Assembly (NCBI GenBank): GCA_977017575.1
Contig: CDRNVI010000012.1
Location: forward strand, 186,001-250,000
Length of the DNA stretch: 64,000 bases
Reading direction: 5' to 3'
DNA from: Paramoeba atlantica
Taxonomy: Eukaryota > Protista > Discosea
Shown here in pieces: positions 48,651 to 58,994 of the stretch (position 1 is the stretch's first letter; every line of letters begins with the position of its first letter). Made by a program: the position numbers and the translations under genes. Under the pieces are notes generated by a model. It saw only the letters and a list, made by a program, of their open reading frames with translations, had not been told where the DNA came from and searched no databases.

Positions 48651-49875
48651 CTATGTCGTAACCTTTAAGGTAGTCGAAACACTATTTAACCCGTGAATTT
48701 CTTCCCAATTGTTTCCTTGGAGGAAAATGTTATGATCATACGCTCGTGGCGCAGAGATACGTCTCTCTGTGTGACGGCCGATACCATCGGCGCATGACCC
48801 GCATACGACGGGTGTCACACAGAGAGTGGAGTGCGAGGTAGGAGACGAGTCGCCCATCGGTCATGCTACAGCACGTATAGCCATGGTTCATGCTGCAACA
48901 CGGTCAAGCCGTGGGTTCATGCTGTCAGATGGTCTATCGTGGATCATGATGCATCATGGGGAGGTCCGTTACCGCCGCACTCGCTACAGCATGTAGGGAG
49001 AGAGGGGTGCAAGTTCGCATCCCCTATACACGCATACAACGTGTCCTCCCGCTGTAGCACGCCCAGTGGTCCTCAAGGGAGGCCACCATGGCGCATAGCT
49101 CCCGGGAGAAGAAAGCACGAGAAGTAGAGAGCCGGGGAGGGAAGAAAGCTCACTCGAAGAGAGCGAGCCGGGGAGGGGTGAAGAGTGCGAAGTGCGTCCC
49201 CTACTTCAATAAACGAAGTCCTGGGGGTAAATCCCGAAGATCAATGCGACCCTCAAGCTTGTTGTAACTGAGTGTTAATTCTTGAAGAGTTCTAGGTAAA
49301 CAACTTAGTTCAACGGTTCCCTTAAATTGGTTATTTTGTAGACCCAGAAGTTGTAAGCTCGAGGGTAAGTAACGTAAATTTAATTTCCCCGAGAGAGTAT
49401 TCGTACAGAAGACTAGATGGGTTAAAGTGTGTGGGAGCGAAGTCAAATCTAGCCTGCCTTCCAGTCGATTTTGGTTTAGGATTACCACTTTTATAAACTG
49501 CGGCAGATGTGCTAAGTCGACATTCCCAGTGTGACGGTTACCACTCAAATCCATATGTTGTAATAATGCAGGCGACGCTTGAAAATTAATGAATCCAGAT
49601 AAGGCATTTGTTTGTCCCTCGAGGTGTACCAATGCTGCTGGAGCGTAGGAAAGAGTGAGCGAACCGCGTAAACCATAGAAGCTCCAATACACTCCAGCCA
49701 CCACGCGATCTTCGTTACATTTAACGTCTCTCCACTCACAAGCCGGTACACTAGAATTCCAGGAGGTGTGAGGATTATGTATTTTCTCAGTAAATCGCGA
49801 TAGTTCATACTCTTGCGGAAGTATCATACGCTGTACTTTCGCCGGTCGTATAACGTTCGAGGTCTCCGTGTTCAT
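48651..49875 (-). pseudogene. LRR-family gene interrupted by retroposon E2
   Basis: LRR ORF 49201-49875 stops at a TAG supplied by the insert. An LRR-like remainder (HNIFLQGNNWEEI...VTT*) resumes below ~48732. Confidence 0.78.
48732..49207 (-). mobile_element. Short non-coding retroposon E2 (5'-truncated relative of E1)
   Basis: 150-bp 5' block and ~30-bp 3' end shared with E1. Different hairpin-rich middle with a 13-bp stem (48763-48775 / 48814-48826) and three GCATGA(A)CC repeats. Confidence 0.82.
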
Positions 49876-50046
49876 TCGTAAATTATTAATTAAATGTAGA
49901 TCACCTTAGAAGAAACTTATGGCGTTCGACGCGGAATTCAAATTGAAGTGTCTGAACGCCAAAAACTCAATAGTTGTAAACTACTTGTACTAAACAAATG
50001 GGCTGCTAAAATAGCCTAGTTGTACGTTTCGTAACTCAAAAAAGAT

Positions 50047-51090
50047 TTACTGAGCAGAAAATTTTTCTTTTATTGGTGCACTTAGAACGACCGTCTTTAG
50101 GCGCCTACAGTGTTTGGCAAAATCGCGCAATGCGGTACGCACAATCTCTCTCGCCGACATATGACCCACACTTTCGACGGTAAACAAGATCTCGTCCTTT
50201 TTACGTGCTAAACGTACGAGTGGTTTTTCCTCCTCCCCCCGTACACACTCACGGCAGCTCGTGCACGCCGAGGCCCTGCCCACCCGTACACTCCCCGTCT
50301 CCTCTACCTCAAACACCCCCATGGGACAACGCTCCACGAACTCTTTCGCAGCGTTTCCCTCCAGCCTCTCTCCACGGGTTGTGAGTTCCACAACTGGTGC
50401 CAGTCGGTACGACGCACACGATACCGGACAAAATTTCGCATGAACCATTCCAATGCCTTTAATCGCGAACGCTGTGAGTTTCACTCGTTGTCCAATCGCC
50501 AGCTTAGTGAGCAGAATTTTTTGATTCACCACAGCGGCAGGATAAGCCTCTGCGTCCTGTCCCGGCAACGGTACCCATCGCAGATCACCACTGTACACAG
50601 GCGTGAGTCCCGGCTTCGTGGCCTCAACATGGAGCTCAAATTTCAGCATATATTTTGCAGAGGGTTGAGCCAAGTCGTATTCCTCCAGTGAAGAGAGAAA
50701 TGAAAATCGATCGGGGGCGCAATAAATCGGGACGAGACCGATACGGTGACTCAGGGCCTCATCAAACACCACCCCGGTGTTCTCCTCCACAATCACACGG
50801 TCAAAGGCCATGGTGGGAACCTCCGAGAGCATGAGACGACGGAGTAAGTTCGCAAAGGGGATGGAGCCGCCGTGCAGCGTGAACTCCAGGGTGTCTTGTT
50901 CACACCCACTGTCGCTCAGACGAGGGTGGGTGAGGTCCCGGTGAAGGTGGGTGATCTCGATGCGGGGCTGTGCGAGAGCGGGGGTGGGGCCTTGGAACCC
51001 AGGGCCGGTAACGGTGAAGGGGGAGGACATGACGTCCACCCCCGAGGCGTGCTGGGCGCCCAGATATACGTAGTTTAAGTTGGAACTCAT
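50047..51090 (-). CDS. RPC40: RNA polymerase I/III shared subunit AC40
   Basis: FANLLRRLMLSEVPTMAF, DEALSHRIGLVPI, KGIG..HAKF.PV..ASYRL.P, and a CPMGVF...CTSCREC motif. Confidence 0.9.
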   Translation of the reverse strand: MSSNLNYVYLGAQHASGVDVMSSPFTVTGPGFQGPTPALAQPRIEITHLHRDLTHPRLSDSGCEQDTLEFTLHGGSIPFANLLRRLMLSEVPTMAFDRVIVEENTGVVFDEALSHRIGLVPIYCAPDRFSFLSSLEEYDLAQPSAKYMLKFELHVEATKPGLTPVYSGDLRWVPLPGQDAEAYPAAVVNQKILLTKLAIGQRVKLTAFAIKGIGMVHAKFCPVSCASYRLAPVVELTTRGERLEGNAAKEFVERCPMGVFEVEETGSVRVGRASACTSCRECVRGEEEKPLVRLARKKDEILFTVESVGHMSAREIVRTALRDFAKHCRRLKTVVLSAPIKEKFSAQ

Positions 51091-51351
51091 GGAGGAGGGA
51101 GAGGTGGGGGATGAGGGAAGAAAGGAAGGAATGGGGCTGCTAAGAAGCATGTGTGCTAAACATGTGTTAAATAACACAGGTAAAAGATCTTAACAATGAG
51201 CACTGTACAACCGAACACAGTCCGAAAGCCGTCATTTTTTTCAGTAACAAAGGACCCATACTATCTGATCCACAGCGAATATTTGTACTAAATGTCAACG
51301 AAATACCAAATCTTTCCTCAGTGAAAGAGGCAAAAATGAGGCAAAAATTTC

Positions 51352-52296
51352 TTAGACCTTTGTCGACTCCTGCAAGGTCTCACACGGTTTTGTAGTAGCC
51401 TTGGCTGCTTCCACCTTTTTTCGCCTCTTTTGATTTGCAACAAGATCCCCCACGCTGAGAATGCATCGAGTAAGGGAACTTACATATGCCGTCAGCGCCG
51501 TGTCATTAGCCTCACGCCCCATTGCCTCGCTACGAGCGGCACGATATAAATCCGGAAGTGCATTAAAAATGTTTTGTATGTTATACAAGATGCCTGGATG
51601 ATTACGGAGCCGGCCTGCGGCTACGTCCTCTAGATACAATTTCATTTCCTGCACTTTACGAGCCAGTACGGTAAGAGAGTTTTGCTTTTCATTAATACGT
51701 CCCTCCATAGAGGTGATGGTGGTATCCGTCAGGTCGCGTATAAGTTGATCGACCCCAATTTCTTCAGCTTCCTTAGAGGCAAGCACGGTGTGCACGGGGG
51801 TAAAACTCTTTTTCGGGACACTGTCTTCACTTTCTTTTCTTTCGTGTATGCGGTAGCACGTCGCTGGCATCCCCTCTCGTGTCGGGTTTACGTTAATGAG
51901 CGCGTAGACGGGATCCTCACAGTAGGACTGAATACTCTCATGGATGGCAACATCGCTGGGACAGATCTCCGCGCCGGAGGAATACCAGCCTACGATACGA
52001 GTGCGAGCCCAAACTTTACGAAACATTGCAAACATATCCTCCAGGAAGTTCCCATCGAGATACCACAAAGATGGATTACTCGGGTCTTCCTCAAAAGGTA
52101 CAGCAAAGCTGTTTTCTATGTCGATTATCCCAGAGACACGAGAGCCGAGCAGAATGCCAACGACGCGACGGCCGCTAGTGATTTTGTGATTGATACGAGT
52201 GTAGTGGTCCACCGCGCTTAGCAGTACGAGGGGGTGAATCCGTACCTCATGAGGGGCTACAGAGACGGAAACCTTCTCTGAAGTTTTGAGATCCAT
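51352..52296 (-). CDS. RPN8: 26S proteasome lid subunit Rpn8 (PSMD7)
   Basis: V.IHPLVLLSAVDHY, RRVVGILLG, NSFAVPFEED, IVGWYSSG, EAEEIGV.QL.RD. Confidence 0.95.
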   Translation of the reverse strand: MDLKTSEKVSVSVAPHEVRIHPLVLLSAVDHYTRINHKITSGRRVVGILLGSRVSGIIDIENSFAVPFEEDPSNPSLWYLDGNFLEDMFAMFRKVWARTRIVGWYSSGAEICPSDVAIHESIQSYCEDPVYALINVNPTREGMPATCYRIHERKESEDSVPKKSFTPVHTVLASKEAEEIGVDQLIRDLTDTTITSMEGRINEKQNSLTVLARKVQEMKLYLEDVAAGRLRNHPGILYNIQNIFNALPDLYRAARSEAMGREANDTALTAYVSSLTRCILSVGDLVANQKRRKKVEAAKATTKPCETLQESTKV

Positions 52297-52730
52297 AGTA
52301 CGAACAAGAGTATTTAAAGAAAGACAAAAAAGATGCTCTGTATAACATACAGGAATCTGCGCTTCAGACAAAAATGAAGCAGAGAGTATGTGAAATATAT
52401 GAAGTATGGGTAGAGGTGTTTAAGAACAACGAAAGATTTCGGATCACGCGTTCACGGGTGACGAATTATAAAGAACCTTGGCTCTAGCAAAAACCAAACT
52501 TCAAGTTCGTTTCGTATGTTTACCCCTGATACATATTTCCATGGAGCGTTTAAGAGAATGAAATACTGACGTATACACATTGATGAATTCAGGACTTTAA
52601 TGTTTGAACTTGTAACTACGTTGGGAACTTCTTACAATTTTATTATTTTATAAATAAAATTTTAAATATTTAATGAAAACTATGCATCGATGAAAACAGA
52701 ATAAAAAATATCTCCATCACAGGATCACGT

Positions 52731-53348
52731 CTAGTACTCCACATCGGAACCCGCAAAGAATCCCCATTTTTCCTCCCACTCATCTGCCACCATAAGAATA
52801 TACGGCCCAAAGAACGGCACGTTATCCACGGGGTGTACCCATTTCTTTTGGTCATCATAAATGTACCGATCCCTAGCCCACCGCATACGTGTCACCCGGC
52901 GGTCGCCGTGCACAATCTGCTCCTGCGGGGCTCGTGTGCGCGCGGCTCGGCTCCACCAGCCCTTCATATTCACCATGTCATCCGCGAACACACCCCATTT
53001 GTGCCACTGGAAAGTGTCATAAATCGCATGGGTTTTCTTACGGTACCATTTCGTGTACGTGTTGAGCTCTCGAGGATCTGCAAGAACTGTTGTCAAACGC
53101 TCCCACGGATACTCCATCTTGTACGGATGTGCGTTATCGGTGACAGGAAGAGCTAACAGGTTTCTGATATCGACCTTATTCGCTTTGAGTGCGGATTGGA
53201 TACGCATCGCTCGCTCAACTTTACGTGCCTGCTGCAACGCGAAGTACTCACGGTACATGTTGGGGTAAAACATGTGCGCCAGGAAGTACCGACACCCGGC
53301 ATAGGCCCCCATCCAGGGCATGCAGGGGGTGGAGGATCGGCGGAGCAT
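52731..53348 (-). CDS. QCR7: Cytochrome bc1 subunit QCR7-like (14-kDa subunit) with kinetoplastid-type N-terminal extension
   Basis: KWGVFADD...RAPQEQ....RR..R...KWVHPVD.VPFFGPYI..V..EWEEK aligns by eye with the UQCRB/QCR7 pattern (G..RDD...RLP...W...E...YL.PY..EV..E). Confidence 0.65.
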   Translation of the reverse strand: MLRRSSTPCMPWMGAYAGCRYFLAHMFYPNMYREYFALQQARKVERAMRIQSALKANKVDIRNLLALPVTDNAHPYKMEYPWERLTTVLADPRELNTYTKWYRKKTHAIYDTFQWHKWGVFADDMVNMKGWWSRAARTRAPQEQIVHGDRRVTRMRWARDRYIYDDQKKWVHPVDNVPFFGPYILMVADEWEEKWGFFAGSDVEY

Positions 53349-53838
53349 GAGGGTTGTACCTTCACAAGGTGTGTATGATGAGGGATAGTGTAGTGTGTTC
53401 CTGAGAGGGAATAATAAATAAAAAAAGGGACTAGGGTTTTCGATACAGCACTTATCATACAGGTCGATTTTGCTTCGCCATGAAAGGTACTATCATGTAA
53501 AGTGACACAATAATGTAGAAAGAGGTTAGAAAGCATAGAGAGGGTCATTTTGTTTGTTTTGCACAGAATTTATTCAATTTGCGAGTCTATCTCCTGTTAT
53601 TGTCTCCCCTACTTGAGCGGACAAAACATATAGTTAACAGTATAAAGAACGATAAAAACGTTTATCCAAAAAAGGATTCAACACTGTTTTAACAACTATT
53701 GAACAAAATTCATTCATTTGGAATATAAAAAAGTATTGCTTTCCACTGTACCCGTTCACGATAGTAGAGTTATCTGCTACCTGCTTGCCACAGCCAATTT
53801 TAATTATACACAGTACTTATCCAAAATGCTTTTAGCAA

Positions 53839-54198
53839 TCAATGCTCAAGATCGATCCCGGTCTCACGATATTTCGGCTCGCCGTTAGCGTATCCCTCAC
53901 CGATTGCGAACTCAAAGTGCCAGGGAGGTGCTGCGTGTATCTGATCCTGTCCGTAGTCAAATTCTACGGGCCCTCCCCCAGCGATACTGTCGATCCACAC
54001 AAGCACTCTCATCTTGTTGTAGGTGTACATTCCCACCATGAACACAGCCATTCCGGCAAGTGTGTATAGCGTTTCACCGGCGACATCGTAGTTCGGTGCG
54101 GAGTAGTACCCGACCCCTTTTAACCCAAAGTTCGGCCGAGCCTTTGCTGCTTTATTGAAGGAAAGATACCAAAGACGAGCACCGGTTCTTGAAAGCAT
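53839..54198 (-). CDS. Small single-TM mitochondrial protein, probable kinetoplastid cytochrome c oxidase subunit (COX IX-like)
   Basis: MLSR targeting-like start and one TM. RPNFGLKGVGY and PPW.F.F.IGEGYA resemble trypanosomatid COX IX as recalled from memory. Confidence 0.5.
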   Translation of the reverse strand: MLSRTGARLWYLSFNKAAKARPNFGLKGVGYYSAPNYDVAGETLYTLAGMAVFMVGMYTYNKMRVLVWIDSIAGGGPVEFDYGQDQIHAAPPWHFEFAIGEGYANGEPKYRETGIDLEH

Positions 54199-54358
54199 CA
54201 AGGAACGAATTCAGACGAACCAAAGGTGATCGAATTGCTTAAATAATAAGAACAAAAGGGTTCTAATAAGTGTTACATCAATAAGTGATGAACAAAGGAA
54301 ACACACTAGAAAAAAACGGACCATTTTACACACCCAATTCAGAAACAACCACCATCCA

Positions 54359-55264
54359 TCAATCCTCCCTAAACGGATGATACTTTGGTCTTTGCGCAAA
54401 ATGTATCCTCCCCTCCGTTTCCCTCCCCCCCTCTCCCTCGGCCTCCACCTCCACCTCCACAATCCCCCTCCGCTCCCTCTCCCGCCTCGCCTCCCCGGGA
54501 TCCCTCATCCGCTCCCCCAACCCCCCCGGGTCCTCATACAGGTCCAGCAACAGCAGCTGCCGTCGCAGCGCCCGGAGGTTCACAAAGCAGTACAGCTCGA
54601 ACTGCTCCCCCTCCGGGCCCGTGTACGGGTACCGCTCCCGTAGCCTCCCCAGGGCCTCCTCCCACCGCGCGAGCTGGCGGTTCGTCAGCGCGCGAAGCTC
54701 CGAGATGTCGACATACCCATTCGGGAGGTCGCAGCCCCGCGGGGGGTACTGCACCACAGGCGCCTGCAGCTGCGGGACGTCCATCCCGAACCCCGGCTCG
54801 TACCCTTGGAGCGGCGGGGTGAGTCGCGGCCCGGGGGTGTTTAACGGGGGGGAGGCGCTCTCCAGGGCCGTGGCCTCGACCACAAACGCCTCAGGCATGG
54901 CTTCTAACGCCTCGTTTTGCCGGGAAATCAGTTGGGCGAGCCGGGCGTCGTGCGCGAGGTCCTCGGAGGCCAGGAGACGTTCCAGCGCCATGGTCATCTC
55001 ACGTTCGTATTGGATGTGGGTTGCTTTTTTTCGATGCCCGTCACTGGGCATGAAGGCGTACTCCGCGGCGTACTCCAGAAGGTGCTGGCCGTATTTCTCA
55101 TCCGCCCCGGCTTTGGGTTTGGCGAATGCGCTTTGCATCACGGAGGCGGAGACCTGGACGTGACCGCCGGATTTTTTACTGGCTTTGGTTTTTTTGGCTA
55201 GCGCATGGCCTCCGTGAGCGGGCTGAACAATGATTTGACGTATGGTAGGGGCAAGGCGAAACAT
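54359..55264 (-). CDS. Mitochondrial ribosomal protein mL40-like
   Basis: Mitochondrial-type N-terminus. RQNEALEAMPEAF..EA...P.LTPPLQGY matches the mL40 (MRPL40/MRPL28) pattern. Confidence 0.65.
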   Translation of the reverse strand: MFRLAPTIRQIIVQPAHGGHALAKKTKASKKSGGHVQVSASVMQSAFAKPKAGADEKYGQHLLEYAAEYAFMPSDGHRKKATHIQYEREMTMALERLLASEDLAHDARLAQLISRQNEALEAMPEAFVVEATALESASPPLNTPGPRLTPPLQGYEPGFGMDVPQLQAPVVQYPPRGCDLPNGYVDISELRALTNRQLARWEEALGRLRERYPYTGPEGEQFELYCFVNLRALRRQLLLLDLYEDPGGLGERMRDPGEARRERERRGIVEVEVEAEGEGGRETEGRIHFAQRPKYHPFRED

Positions 55265-55490
55265 GTATAGGGGTGACTGGGAAATATTGAAAATTTGGGG
55301 CTAAAAACAGAGAGTGAGTTTAGGATCATCCATAATGAAAAACACGCTTTCAATGAATGTTTCAAGCTTTTTCAAATAATGAACAAGGTCGAATAACATA
55401 AAAGCAGCACAATAGAACGAAGGCTAAATTAAAAACAAAGAGGTTCGTATTCAATGTTCAAAGGGGTTCAACGTATTCAATGTGGTAATG

Positions 55491-56684
55491 TTATCGCTTT
55501 GCAAGAAGACTTACTGCTAAAGATACCCCACAGCCTACAAATGCTCCTGCTTGTTCGGACGCACCCAGCTTAGAAGCCACTGGAGCTTCGGCTCGAAAAT
55601 ACAGCGCCGAGTTCAGTAACGCGAAAAGAATAGAATCCACAAAGCTGCACGGAACCGTCAGCCACTGACCCCATGCATCACGGCATAACACCACCAACAG
55701 AGTCGTCATAAACTGTATCACCGTCAGGGCAAGCAGTGGGCTCGTACCCCATCTCGCAATACGCTTTCGATACACGGCAGCGAGAATCCGCGACAGTGCG
55801 GCCCCACCACGGCCCGAAAACAAAAACACCAGCAACACATCTCGCCGTGTAACAATCCACGAAGACATTCCATGAAGAAAAAAATTCACCACCGAAATCG
55901 CAAACTGCAGCGCGAGCAACAGATTCACCGAAGAGCTCTTCGGCACCTCTCCCTCCCCCTCTACGCCCCCCCGTCTCGACGAACGCGTCGCCTTGCCGCT
56001 CCTCCCCGGCAGCAGCAGCAGCTGTCCCCCCGCCAGCGGGGTCCCCACCACCGCCGCGGCCGCGAGCACGCAAAACACGCTCATCACGTAGCACGCGACA
56101 TCGAGACTGAACCGGGGCCTGTCCCGGGACCCCGCCTGCTGGGCGGTCGCTACCCCATACGGGAGCAACGAGGTCCCGAGCGTGGCCACCGACAGCACCG
56201 AGACATGCGTCAGGCGCCCCGGCATCTCCCCCGCGTAGTGCCACATGGTGAGGTTCGACAGCGACCCCGCGGCCCCGGCGACCAGCGTGCAGAGCAGCAG
56301 CCCGAGCGAGAGCCCCGGGGTGCGGTGGTGGACCAGGTGGGGGGTGGAGAGGAAGGCGGCCAGGTAGAGCAGCAGCCAAACCAGCACCGCGTTGCGGAGC
56401 CCGGGGAGCGAGCGCACGGTGAGGCGCCACAGGGTCGCACGGAAGAGCAAAACGAGAAGGGAGCCGAGCTGGAGCGCCACCGCGAGGTAGGCGCCCAGGG
56501 CGTAGCCCTCGGGGGGGAGGGGGTGGAGCAGGAGGGGGAGCTCGGCGAAGATCAGGTTGATGTAGAGCCAGCAGCAGAAGCCGAGGAGAACCATGGTGAG
56601 GTGGGAAAGGTGAAGGGGGGGGAACCACCGCGGAGGGGGTTGTTCGTCGTGAACGGGGTGGGGAGGGGTCTTGTTACTTGTCAT
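55491..56684 (-). CDS. SLC52-family riboflavin transporter-like protein
   Basis: About 10-11 TM segments. W..IN.IFAELPLL...LP.EG..L..YL.V..QLG matches the SLC52 N-terminal signature. Confidence 0.72.
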   Translation of the reverse strand: MTSNKTPPHPVHDEQPPPRWFPPLHLSHLTMVLLGFCCWLYINLIFAELPLLLHPLPPEGYALGAYLAVALQLGSLLVLLFRATLWRLTVRSLPGLRNAVLVWLLLYLAAFLSTPHLVHHRTPGLSLGLLLCTLVAGAAGSLSNLTMWHYAGEMPGRLTHVSVLSVATLGTSLLPYGVATAQQAGSRDRPRFSLDVACYVMSVFCVLAAAAVVGTPLAGGQLLLLPGRSGKATRSSRRGGVEGEGEVPKSSSVNLLLALQFAISVVNFFLHGMSSWIVTRRDVLLVFLFSGRGGAALSRILAAVYRKRIARWGTSPLLALTVIQFMTTLLVVLCRDAWGQWLTVPCSFVDSILFALLNSALYFRAEAPVASKLGASEQAGAFVGCGVSLAVSLLAKR

Positions 56685-56920
56685 GCCTTTGGTATTAAAA
56701 CGTGCCGGTTATGGGTTTCATGGCGGTGTGAAGAATAGTGTATTCAAGATGTATTCTATGTGAGGTCGTGAGCTAAAAAAAGGAAAATCGATAGAGCTAA
56801 GGTAATAAAATATTGTAAATGTTGTATTCGGCACATTTCATTTTTGTATTCGGCACCTTTCATTTGCTTAGCTATTCTTTACGTACTACAAGTGTTTTAA
56901 ATAACATTACAATAAGAGAT

Positions 56921-58444
56921 TTAAATATTGCTTTCACGAGGTTCAGGAGGTTGAGGTGCAGGTCCGTCACGTAAAGGAATGTCAGGAAAGGGGTCGGCAC
57001 GGCTAAGTTTCAGCACATTGTAATCAAGGTAGATGCAACCATTAATGTATTGACCAAGCACTAGGGGGATCAAGTAGTGATCCCTGAAGTGCTCAACGGT
57101 GGGGAATATGGGAGATAGTGCAAGGTGAAACCTTTTCGATGATTCTGGTACTGCCGCCTCGTTTTCCGACGTTTCACTGGCTTTGAATGCGTAATCAAAC
57201 AGGTGCTCAGCGGAATGCCATAGCTCTTGCAAGTCGACTTGCGTTTCTGAAGGCGCAGATAAGGAAGCATAATATCTCAGAACAAGATTTCGAGCGACAA
57301 TCAATCTTACGGCCATGAGAGGGAACAATACGCCGTATCGTGCATACTCTTTCAAATGAGTTATCATACAGGCTTGATAAACATCGAGACGGCCACTCTG
57401 TACAGCGAGGGTAATTCCATGTAGACACGAGAGATCATGCTCAGCTATCGCCCTGGTGGAAAGCAAATAACCTCTTGCCAAGTTCAAGGATGCCCATAAA
57501 AGCAGGATCGTGCGTTTGTGATGCGGGAGATTGTATGAGATAGCTTTTACTAGGGTTAACTCCGCGGTAAGTAGATTTCCGTTATGTATGTGATACAGAG
57601 CAAAATAACAATAGAGAAGCGACGCCAGGTCATGTGAACAAGCAAGAGAGCATCTATCTACTTCTTCGCACGTTAAAACTATACTAACAGAAAATGGTGA
57701 TAGACGCCAAAGCTCAATAAGGAACACACTTATAGCCCTTTGAGCATTTTTGAAATGTTCCCCTACATGCATCTTTTCATGTGAAACAGTTGGAAGTTTT
57801 TGCAAGCTCCGTATTTTCCTTAGCAAAACCATGTAACCCTTGATCAGCTCCTTCTTCAAAATCGATATTGGGTCCATTTCTGTACCCCCAACAGCTGAAA
57901 GCAATCTAGCGCAAATTCGGGCTCTCTCGCAAAAAATTGGAACCAAGCATACGTCCGGATGACGGGTTACGTGCTGTAGGCTTGGACTTAACACTGAATC
58001 TACATAGAAATGAAGTGCAGTGCAAGCCCTCTCTACTGCAACTGTGAGACACTTCTCGAATAAATCATGCCCATTTCGGGCCTGATCTGTCAGATAATTT
58101 ACATTTGAAAGAAGGCTGCAAAGTATAACCCATTGAAACTTTCGCGGGAATCTCTTACTCACGAATTGAGGGGTACGTGAAGTAGAATGTAGTTTCTCCA
58201 GCACAGCCTTAATATTCTTTTCGTAACGAAAATCCTTACGCACTGGTTTTGCCGGAATGCCGGTCACAGGTTGTGTTTCTTCGGCGTCGCATACAAGAGC
58301 TTCCTCACAAATCCTTTTCGCCTCGTACAAATCGTCTGTACCACATCCAGAGTTAAAGGCTATACTACATAGAGACGTGACAGCTTCCTGCGACGAATTG
58401 TTCAGATAGGCTGTTCGGAATTGCTTCAAGGTGCTTTCGAGCAT
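56921..58444 (-). CDS. PCI-domain protein, PCID2/Thp1/CSN12-like
   Basis: Y..G....A...L..A...K..IL helical repeat and C-terminal YINGCI...VLKLSRADPFP. Confidence 0.7.
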   Translation of the reverse strand: MLESTLKQFRTAYLNNSSQEAVTSLCSIAFNSGCGTDDLYEAKRICEEALVCDAEETQPVTGIPAKPVRKDFRYEKNIKAVLEKLHSTSRTPQFVSKRFPRKFQWVILCSLLSNVNYLTDQARNGHDLFEKCLTVAVERACTALHFYVDSVLSPSLQHVTRHPDVCLVPIFCERARICARLLSAVGGTEMDPISILKKELIKGYMVLLRKIRSLQKLPTVSHEKMHVGEHFKNAQRAISVFLIELWRLSPFSVSIVLTCEEVDRCSLACSHDLASLLYCYFALYHIHNGNLLTAELTLVKAISYNLPHHKRTILLLWASLNLARGYLLSTRAIAEHDLSCLHGITLAVQSGRLDVYQACMITHLKEYARYGVLFPLMAVRLIVARNLVLRYYASLSAPSETQVDLQELWHSAEHLFDYAFKASETSENEAAVPESSKRFHLALSPIFPTVEHFRDHYLIPLVLGQYINGCIYLDYNVLKLSRADPFPDIPLRDGPAPQPPEPRESNI

Positions 58445-58994
58445 TTACATATCAGTTTTCGAAAGGTTGACAAACGAGAAGGGTAATGGGACGCTTTCGA
58501 TTTGTTTTAGAAAGCATACCGAACGAAATAATTTAAAGTTACAAATTGTTTTCATCATTACTGAACTTTATTATTTAGCGCACATTTACTTCCACTACAT
58601 ATTACGTTTTTACTACTACGTAGTACTTTCGCATTCCTGATGCAGAATTCAGCATCATTCAGATGAATTGCTCTAGAAATAATAGAATATTGTCGCTATA
58701 TGATGCAAGATAAAGGATTAAATTCACCCGAAAAACAGGAATTGAACAGCAAATGCATAGTCAGTCATTCACATTTCTCAAAAAAAAGCGTTAACCCAGC
58801 TAGAAAAAGGGCTAAAGTTTGGAGTCTAGGTTTTGTTTTCAATCGCTGAGTATAATCTTTTCCCGAATAGACGTTGCAAGGCTGGTCGCCAAAGTGCTCG
58901 TGAGTGGTTGCAACTTGAGAGTAGTGATTAAGATTGAAACAAAGTACAGGAGCTAGCCATTTAACGTTTGAGACAAATTTATAAATTTCTGGCA

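Noticed and set aside
49000-49030. tRNA-like T-arm (GTTCGCATCCC) suggesting a tRNA-derived SINE
   Set aside because: No D-arm, anticodon arm or acceptor stem, and it lies antisense to the inferred element orientation.
49207-49213. TTTATTG (canonical SL 3' end) at the 5' junction of E2
   Set aside because: Only 7 nt, explained by LRR codons (CGT TTA TTG), and it differs from the CTTGTTG variant seen twice in this window.
53153-56738. Long overlapping alternative-frame and plus-strand ORFs (e.g. 55872-56738, 54621-55163, 55678-56628; also 86-406, 7882-8307, 51682-52221, 63362-63706)
   Set aside because: They are shadows of real minus-strand genes, favoured by high GC, with no recognisable motifs.
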